From assembly GCA_964527425.1 (NCBI GenBank), contig CAZGOA010000003.1, positions 97,048-161,047 on the forward strand: a stretch of DNA of 64,000 bases, in the 5' to 3' direction. The position numbers were made by a program, and so were the translations under genes. Below the pieces are notes generated by a model that was not told where the DNA came from, ran no database searches, and saw only the letters and a list, made by a program, of their open reading frames with translations. Shown here in pieces: positions 57,776 through 64,000 of the stretch; within the stretch, counting starts at the first letter, position 1, and every line of letters starts with the position of its first letter. The DNA is from an uncultured Gammaproteobacteria bacterium (GTDB lineage Bacteria; Patescibacteriota; Microgenomatia; UBA10105; UBA927).

Positions 57776-60430
57776 ATGAAAAAGAGAATTCTACAATTCG
57801 TCGTATTGCTTTATACGACAATCTTCTTCACCACATCTGTAATTGCTACGAAGGGTGGTATTAACGTTGGACCATATTATGATCAATTCCCATTGGTGTC
57901 AGCTGCACTTGGACCGGGCTCCTGGGTGTATGCACTCGGATGTCCAGCAGATGTGGCACGCATGGAGACTGCTTATAGTAGTACCTCCAATCTGAACCTA
58001 ATGATTAGAGCCTATTTAAAGGCAGGCGATGTAGGCACAACAGAACAGGCTGTTCAATTGGCTAAAGACTGGGGACAGGCTCTCAGAGCCCTAAATACAC
58101 CAAATATTGTGTACTTTGTTCCTGCCAATGAAATTAATAACCCTGTTGAAGGATTTGCAGAGCGATCAACCGGACGGTTTAATGAAACAGCATTTGATAA
58201 TCTCCAAACCTATTTAACAACGCTTAGTCAGGAAATTGCCGATGTAAGAGGCACAAAAATAGTTTTATTATCCCCTACTGTTGATCCTGGATTTCTATCT
58301 GATAAGGCTGAAGCACAAAGACCATTTATGCAACGAATCCCTTGGGATAGCTATGATGGAACAGCAGTATCTATGTACGGTGAATATTCGGGACTGTCAC
58401 TCAATACAGCCGCTCACCCAGTAAAACAAGGTGATTTTACCCAATTGCCATTATTGGGAGTAAGCATTACAAAAGGACTCTATATAGTTGAAACTGGTGT
58501 CAGAAACACCAGTGATCCGGGAGTGTTATACGCAGAAAACACCCCCCAGATTATTGATTATCTTTCAGTTCAGACACCAAGCTGGAATGACTCTGTAAAG
58601 TCAGCCATTATTTTCTCTTACAATCCAGATGAAGGCGGAGACAGAAATCCCTGGATTTACAGTGCAACCGGAGTGCTCAATGCACTTAAAAGTAAGGGGG
58701 CTGGGCCACCTGTGCGTCCAACAAATGTAGGACCAGTGGGAAGTTTTGATGGATTAACAGGATGTGTATCGGAAAGTGAAACACCGATATTTGCTGATAA
58801 AGGCGATCAAAACGAACGTGTTAATTTAAACATTCGTCAGACCAAATTGTATAATTCTGCCGCAGCACTATCGGGACTGGCACAAGTATTCTATGGTGAC
58901 GCAAATTATTTTGTTGACCAAGTTTCAGCTGCCATTGCGGCAATCAGACCGAATGGCCCTGGCGTTCTTCCTGATTTCGTTCTTGAAAAGAATGTGTTAG
59001 CAGACACCTTGCCTCAACTACTTCCGGGTGAATATCAAGTACTAACTCAAAAAGAAGAACTTCCATCCCCAGGAAAAATTGGTATAAAACTTGATACCGA
59101 ATCCGCCCCCGCTTCTATACGAGCTTCAGTATATACTCAAAGAGAACAACTGGATACAACAGGTACTGCCAACCAAATTGTAGTAACCCAACAAGTTATT
59201 GATGGAAAAACTGTTGCTCAACCAGCCACCAATGTGGAATGGGCAAAACCGTTACGATCTCTAAATACTGTCTATTGTGCAGTCTCGGCCAACTGTAAAT
59301 TAACGCCAAGTGAGGGTAATGTTGCAAATTTAAGAAGGCCACCACAAATTCTTGCACCTGGAACAGTGCCGAATCAATCAAATACTGGAGAGTCCGTTCA
59401 AACACAGCTAACACCATCCGCTGGTGAAATTCAGTTTAATGAAAACAATATCGACTTATTAGTAAGAATTTTAGCTGACTTAAGTCCTGATCCTTCAACT
59501 GAACAAATCACTGCCAATGCTGAAACTGGATTTGGACTCGTTTCGGAAACGTATATTTCTGACTTTACACCTCCAGAATATAAAGTCGATGGGAAAAACT
59601 ACATTAATGCCAGACTTCCCTACCAGGTGCTTCCGGATTTTTCCCGCAATGCTCGAATGGAAAATGCGTATTCGACAGGCGGCAATGTTGAGGGTCTTAA
59701 TACAATAGCCTTGGTCGTTGAGGATGGTAAAGGTATGGAAGATGGATACAACAAAGTGCTGTGTAGTTCTGTACCATACAAGTCGCCTGAATGGTATAAA
59801 CACTGTTCTGAAAATCTTACACCAAACACCAGTGACTGGGCAATTAATGGAGAAACATCGCCAGTTTCACTCCCTGTTACCGTTCCTCTTGACTCTACTC
59901 CACTTGGGGCAGCTATGACTGAGGCCAGTAGAGGAAAAGCCCCTGCGTGTGTTTTGCAGGCTGTAAACTATATTGAGAATCCAAATTGGACTCCAACAAC
60001 ATCCTGTACCATTAATGCCTGCAGCGCTGCCGGACCGTTTCAAATTACAACAGGTATAGATGGGAACGGCAATACTACTTGTCCACGTTGCGGCTCACTT
60101 GGATACTGTCCGGATGCATGGCCAAATAATTGGCCGATCAATTCCAGTCAGCCTAGCCCGTGTGATGCAAAATTTGCAGCATCTGTGGCTATTGACCTAT
60201 ATAAATCAAAAGCAAGCTACTGGACTGCTCGAAACTTAGGTATAGCACAAACACTATCAGAGAATGCTTCAATTGAATCACAAAAAAACGCAATAATCTT
60301 AGGTGGAGATAGTTATTATGGCAGCTCAGTCAGCATACCTCGTCTGGGAGGATGTTCATATGGAGAGTTTGTCTATAAACACTGTACTGGCGGTAGCTAT
60401 CAATGTGGCGGAGCTAGACCACGTCTATAG
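57776..60430 (+). CDS. Large secreted protein (~885 aa) with Cys-rich C-terminal region; hypothetical (possible cell-wall-active/lysozyme-like C-terminus)
   Basis: ATG at 57776 gives MKKRILQFVVLLYTTIFFTTSVIA signal peptide (ORF-track start 57734 is TTG). C-terminal 200 aa has ~14 Cys and an ...IENP...SAAGPFQIT... segment reminiscent of lysozyme-like folds. Confidence 0.6.
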   Translation: MKKRILQFVVLLYTTIFFTTSVIATKGGINVGPYYDQFPLVSAALGPGSWVYALGCPADVARMETAYSSTSNLNLMIRAYLKAGDVGTTEQAVQLAKDWGQALRALNTPNIVYFVPANEINNPVEGFAERSTGRFNETAFDNLQTYLTTLSQEIADVRGTKIVLLSPTVDPGFLSDKAEAQRPFMQRIPWDSYDGTAVSMYGEYSGLSLNTAAHPVKQGDFTQLPLLGVSITKGLYIVETGVRNTSDPGVLYAENTPQIIDYLSVQTPSWNDSVKSAIIFSYNPDEGGDRNPWIYSATGVLNALKSKGAGPPVRPTNVGPVGSFDGLTGCVSESETPIFADKGDQNERVNLNIRQTKLYNSAAALSGLAQVFYGDANYFVDQVSAAIAAIRPNGPGVLPDFVLEKNVLADTLPQLLPGEYQVLTQKEELPSPGKIGIKLDTESAPASIRASVYTQREQLDTTGTANQIVVTQQVIDGKTVAQPATNVEWAKPLRSLNTVYCAVSANCKLTPSEGNVANLRRPPQILAPGTVPNQSNTGESVQTQLTPSAGEIQFNENNIDLLVRILADLSPDPSTEQITANAETGFGLVSETYISDFTPPEYKVDGKNYINARLPYQVLPDFSRNARMENAYSTGGNVEGLNTIALVVEDGKGMEDGYNKVLCSSVPYKSPEWYKHCSENLTPNTSDWAINGETSPVSLPVTVPLDSTPLGAAMTEASRGKAPACVLQAVNYIENPNWTPTTSCTINACSAAGPFQITTGIDGNGNTTCPRCGSLGYCPDAWPNNWPINSSQPSPCDAKFAASVAIDLYKSKASYWTARNLGIAQTLSENASIESQKNAIILGGDSYYGSSVSIPRLGGCSYGEFVYKHCTGGSYQCGGARPRL

Positions 60431-60489
60431 CTTTGAAAGCTGTCAAAACAAGCTTTGACTTTTATCTTATAAATTGATACTATTGACAT

Positions 60490-60516
60490 ACCCCTCAAAG
60501 GGGTGTTTTGTTATTT
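60490..60516 (+). terminator. Rho-independent terminator after the large secreted-protein gene
   Basis: CCCCTCaaaGGGG hairpin + TGTTTTGTTATTT. Confidence 0.5.
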
Positions 60517-60525
60517 ATAGACCTT

Positions 60526-60738
60526 ATGGCAAACTCAAGCTTAACCAAAGTCAAATCAATTCCACCAATTCGATTTGTGCAGGAAGTTTGGGCAGAACTG
60601 AAAAAAGTTACCTGGCCATCAAGACAAGAAACAATAAAACTAACCCTCGTGGTTATAACCGTAGCAGCCGCTATTGGCTTTTTTGTAGGCGGACTTGATA
60701 TTTTATTTATTAACCTATCAAGAATAGTTTTCCGCTAA
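60526..60738 (+). CDS. secE: Preprotein translocase subunit SecE
   Basis: FVQEVWAELKKVTWPSRQE + single C-terminal TM; immediately upstream of nusG. ATG at 60526 preferred over TTG at 60508. Confidence 0.8.
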   Translation: MANSSLTKVKSIPPIRFVQEVWAELKKVTWPSRQETIKLTLVVITVAAAIGFFVGGLDILFINLSRIVFR

Positions 60739-60748
60739 ATACACATCT

Positions 60749-61402
60749 ATGGCAAGCAAAAAAATTAAACCAAACAAAGAAGAAAACGACACACAATCTC
60801 AAGCTGAACAACCAGTTGTTCAAACAGAATCTACAGATACATCGTCACAGACAACAACGACACAAGCTGCAGAATCGCCAAACACTAAATGGTATGTCAT
60901 CCATACCTATTCTGGTCACGAAAACAAAGTAGCAACCACTATGAAGCAACGTATTGAAACCATGCAGCTTCAAAACAGAATTTTTGAAATTGTTGTTCCA
61001 ACAAGAAATATTGTCACCGTCAAACACGGAAAAAAAGAAGAACAGAAGGAAAAAATCTTCCCGGGGTACATCTTAGTTAAAATGATTCTGGATGACGAAA
61101 CCTGGTTAGCAGTGCGTACAACACAGGGTGTTACAGCATTTGTCGGAGCTGGTACCAAACCGACACCAATTTCAGATAAAGAAGTTCAAACTATCTTGAA
61201 ATTCATGGCATTAGAAGCGCCTAAATACAAAGCTTCCTTCTCGGTTGGTGAAGCGGTCAAAATCGTTGATGGACCGTTTGCAGACTTTCTTGGATCAATT
61301 GATTCGATAGATGAAGCCAAGGGTAAAATCAAAGTACTGGTATCAATATTTGGCCGCGAAACGCCAGTTGAACTTGATTTCTTGCAGGTATCTAAATTAT
61401 AA
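60749..61402 (+). CDS. nusG: Transcription termination/antitermination factor NusG with ~45-aa low-complexity N-terminal extension
   Basis: NGN domain KWYVIHTYSGHENKV, KOW domain FSVGEAVKIVDGPFADFLGSI. Confidence 0.9.
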   Translation: MASKKIKPNKEENDTQSQAEQPVVQTESTDTSSQTTTTQAAESPNTKWYVIHTYSGHENKVATTMKQRIETMQLQNRIFEIVVPTRNIVTVKHGKKEEQKEKIFPGYILVKMILDDETWLAVRTTQGVTAFVGAGTKPTPISDKEVQTILKFMALEAPKYKASFSVGEAVKIVDGPFADFLGSIDSIDEAKGKIKVLVSIFGRETPVELDFLQVSKL

Positions 61403-61415
61403 AGAACGACACATT

Positions 61416-62639
61416 TTAATACGTTTGATCATTAATGCGAAATCCCAAAGAGGTAATCAGTTCATAAGTGAATTTTAAACGATCATTCACTGTCATTTCA
61501 GGCAACATTTGACGCATTCTTCCTTGAAGTATTAGTAATCTATTAAATCCAACCTGATATTGAGCTTTACGCTGAATATCAGTAATAGCCTGAAGTATTC
61601 CTTCAGGTAATCGCTTTCTATTATTTGATGCAGACGTCATTATATGAAAAATTTTAATAAAATTTTCAGCGATTAATTCATGCTGTTTAAACACTTCATT
61701 TAATAATTCATTGCTGAAGCTAGTTTTTTTTGCATGTATCTCAAACAATCGAAGTATATTTGCCCAAACAAGAGGATCTGGTGACACTGAACGAAATAAC
61801 TGCTTGAGTTCTTCAACATCAACGTTTGTATTAAGGTACCCGACAGATCTTTCCCCTACAAACAGACGCGATTGCCATTCTGGCAAGGTAGTTGAACTTG
61901 AGAAAGGAATAACTAAATACCCTTCACTATCAACTGGTACCGGCGTCGGATTATATGAATCCTCTCCCTGTACAATTGTTCCGTCATCAAACTCCTCGGA
62001 TAATTCAATAGTTAAATCTGAAGTCAACGAAAGATTTTCTGAACCCATCATCGCAAACAGCTTTTGTTTTTTTTCTTCAGGAATTGCACCTATAGATTCT
62101 TTATGTATAGCTTTGTATAAATTATTAACAGTTACCCATAAGTCCATTCCCTGAATACGTGTTTCTCTAAACACATCCATAAATTTTTGTCCTTTACTGC
62201 GAGCATAGGCCTGCAATACGTATGTTAAATTTGCTACTATTATTTTCCTTTGTGAAAATGTTGTATTACCCTTAAAAAAATCAGTAACGATGCTACTGTA
62301 CTTAATTAATATCTCTGCCTTCTTTTTTTCTGTTAATGGTCCTCCACCTGCTTTAATCTCTTCACGATGAACTATATACGGTACAATACTCTCATCTTCA
62401 TTATCTGGTTTCACATGATTTATCCCACGCCCTAATTCTTCAAAAAAAGACTGAAACACTGGTTCATCAACAAACAAGAAATTACGAGCAGAAAGTACCT
62501 CATAATAAGAAGTTACGTTCCTTATATTTTCAATAATTTTCCCCCTTGTAACGGGATCTTCAATATTTAACCAATCAAATGAGAAATTTCTATTATTGTC
62601 TGTTTGATCAGGTACCGATGGAAGCTCAGGAATATGCAT
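61416..62639 (-). CDS. hypothetical cytoplasmic protein (407 aa) encoded antisense between nusG and rplK
   Basis: Long clean ORF, no recognised motifs. Confidence 0.55.
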   Translation of the reverse strand: MHIPELPSVPDQTDNNRNFSFDWLNIEDPVTRGKIIENIRNVTSYYEVLSARNFLFVDEPVFQSFFEELGRGINHVKPDNEDESIVPYIVHREEIKAGGGPLTEKKKAEILIKYSSIVTDFFKGNTTFSQRKIIVANLTYVLQAYARSKGQKFMDVFRETRIQGMDLWVTVNNLYKAIHKESIGAIPEEKKQKLFAMMGSENLSLTSDLTIELSEEFDDGTIVQGEDSYNPTPVPVDSEGYLVIPFSSSTTLPEWQSRLFVGERSVGYLNTNVDVEELKQLFRSVSPDPLVWANILRLFEIHAKKTSFSNELLNEVFKQHELIAENFIKIFHIMTSASNNRKRLPEGILQAITDIQRKAQYQVGFNRLLILQGRMRQMLPEMTVNDRLKFTYELITSLGFRINDQTY

Positions 62640-62789
62640 AAATGAATAAGAAATAAGTATATCATACTATAGCAATTAATACTGGTATGTATAACTATAT
62701 TTTACTGTATATGAACGGTTGAAAACCGTATTCGAGGTAAAAGGACACGTCAGCCTTTACCTGTCAAATTCTTTGTGATATACTACACA

Positions 62790-62890
62790 AACCTCAATCA
62801 TTTGAGGGAGAAACCGGGAATCGTTGGTTTCGATAGTGTTTGCATTTTTAACTACTTCTATTCTTACAATTCCCGGATTCTGAATCGATA
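62790..62890 (+). promoter_or_regulatory. Structured rplK-rplA leader (candidate L1 autoregulatory element)
   Basis: Long-range pairing CCGGGAAT(62812-62819)/ATTCCCGG(62868-62875) enclosing hairpin ATCG-ttggttt-CGAT; upstream hairpin GGTAAAAGG...CCTTTACC. Confidence 0.3.
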
Positions 62891-62916
62891 TATAAATATC
62901 TCAATTTTAAATAGAT

Positions 62917-63342
62917 ATGGCAGCAAAAAAAGTAAAAACCATTATTAAGCTCAATTTACCTGCAGGATCTGCAACACCAGCTCCTCCCGTTGGACCAGCT
63001 CTTGGACAACATGGTTTACCAATCATGGAGTTTATCAAAGCGTATAACGACAGAACTGCCAAACAAAAAGGTCAAATTATTCCAGCTGTCATTACAGTCT
63101 ATGAAGACCGAACGTTTACCTTTATTACCAAACTTCCACCTGTATCTGCCATGATTATGAAAGCACTGAATATCTCTAAAGGTTCAGGCAAACCAGGTCG
63201 AGAATCAGGTGGAAAGTTAACGAAAGCTCAAGTAGAACAAATCGCAAAAGACAAATTAGCAGACATGAATACTTCCGATGTTCCTCAAGCCATGAAAATG
63301 GTTGAAGGAGCAGCCAGAAGTATGGGGATTCAAGTTGAATAA
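62917..63342 (+). CDS. rplK: 50S ribosomal protein L11
   Basis: [33 protein letters not shown] canonical L11 N-terminus. Confidence 0.9.
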   Translation: MAAKKVKTIIKLNLPAGSATPAPPVGPALGQHGLPIMEFIKAYNDRTAKQKGQIIPAVITVYEDRTFTFITKLPPVSAMIMKALNISKGSGKPGRESGGKLTKAQVEQIAKDKLADMNTSDVPQAMKMVEGAARSMGIQVE

Positions 63343-63354
63343 AAAGGATAATTT

Positions 63355-64000
63355 ATGGGAAAAGTACGACATGTCATTATTGGCGACGAAACAGAAGAAC
63401 TAGAGCAAAAGAAAAAGAGTCAGGCTCGTCGTGAAGCTAAAAAAGCAAAAAAGCAAAAAGAAGAACCTACAACAGAAGGTGAAACTTCTGCTGCCTTAGA
63501 ACCTCAAACAGAGGATAAAAAATCAAACGCACCAAAATCGACAAAACAACCCAAAGTAAAATCTAAAAAATACCAAGAAGTGGCGAAATTAGTCGATAAA
63601 ACTAAACTCTACTCGATTAAAGAAGCAACAGAACTTGTAAAGAAAACAAGTATAACTAAATTTGATGGAACTATCGAAATCCATATCAATTTAAATCCTC
63701 TTACTTTAGCAGGGAAAACTGAATTCCGAGGAGTGACAATTCTCCCTCACGGCACTGGTAAAGAAGTCAAAGTTGCAATCGCTGATGATGATTTAATAAA
63801 AACACTTGAGACTGGAAAAATCGAATTTGATGTTTTAGTTGCTCATCCTACAATGATGGCAAAACTCGCCAAATTTGCTCGCGTATTGGGTCCAAAAGGC
63901 CTTATGCCTAATCCTAAAAACGGCACAGTCTCCCCTGATCCAGAAAAAAGGGCAAAAGAGTTAAAAGGCGGAGAAGTTAATTTTAAAACAGAGCCAAATA
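63355..64000 (+). CDS. rplA: 50S ribosomal protein L1 (partial, runs off window) with ~75-aa Lys/Glu-rich N-terminal extension
   Basis: After the extension: KYQEVAKLVDKTKLYSIKEATELVKK...FDGTIEIHINL...GVTILPHGTGKEVKVAI...GPKGLMPNPKNGTV, typical L1. Confidence 0.85.
   Translation, partial: MGKVRHVIIGDETEELEQKKKSQARREAKKAKKQKEEPTTEGETSAALEPQTEDKKSNAPKSTKQPKVKSKKYQEVAKLVDKTKLYSIKEATELVKKTSITKFDGTIEIHINLNPLTLAGKTEFRGVTILPHGTGKEVKVAIADDDLIKTLETGKIEFDVLVAHPTMMAKLAKFARVLGPKGLMPNPKNGTVSPDPEKRAKELKGGEVNFKTEPN

Noticed and set aside
59196-59918. Five small ORFs inside 57776..60430
   Set aside because: Alternative-frame or antisense ORFs inside the large secreted-protein gene.
43619-60525. tRNA-Trp as an att site with a duplicated 3' end marking an integrated island
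   Set aside because: A search by eye for a repeat of the tRNA-Trp 3' portion (GGTTCGATTCCCTCCAGCCCTGCCA) near 60.4-60.5 kb found none. The insertion hypothesis is kept only as a synteny observation.

Overview
The window is about 64 kb from a low-GC bacterium with a compact genome that uses the standard genetic code (long ORFs such as topA and PBP2 are intact). Gene content suggests, as an inference, a Patescibacteria/CPR-like organism. Supporting features are a stand-alone 16S rRNA with no downstream 23S, many GT-C-type polytopic membrane glycosyltransferases, numerous small secreted or membrane-anchored hypothetical proteins, and ribosomal/NusG proteins with terminal extensions. Housekeeping genes include pyrD fused to a VKOR domain, ribF-like riboflavin kinase, two ABC systems, dprA-topA, mreB/mreD-like/PBP2, def-fmt, a P-type ATPase, rpmB, a site-2 protease, msrB, galU, and rpmG...tRNA-Trp...secE-nusG-rplK-rplA. 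Four tRNAs are present (Thr-UGU, Tyr-GUA, Thr-GGU, Trp-CCA). No CRISPR array, integrase, transposase or obvious phage genes were seen. Most notable are a VKOR–dihydroorotate dehydrogenase fusion, an apparent extracytoplasmic thiol-redox/Msr gene set, a frameshifted DevBCA-type exporter, and disruption of the ancient tRNA–rpmG–tRNA-Trp–secE–nusG–rplKA gene string by about 17 kb of envelope/secreted-protein genes plus an antisense hypothetical gene. All functional calls rest on motif recognition by eye, and no database searches were run.
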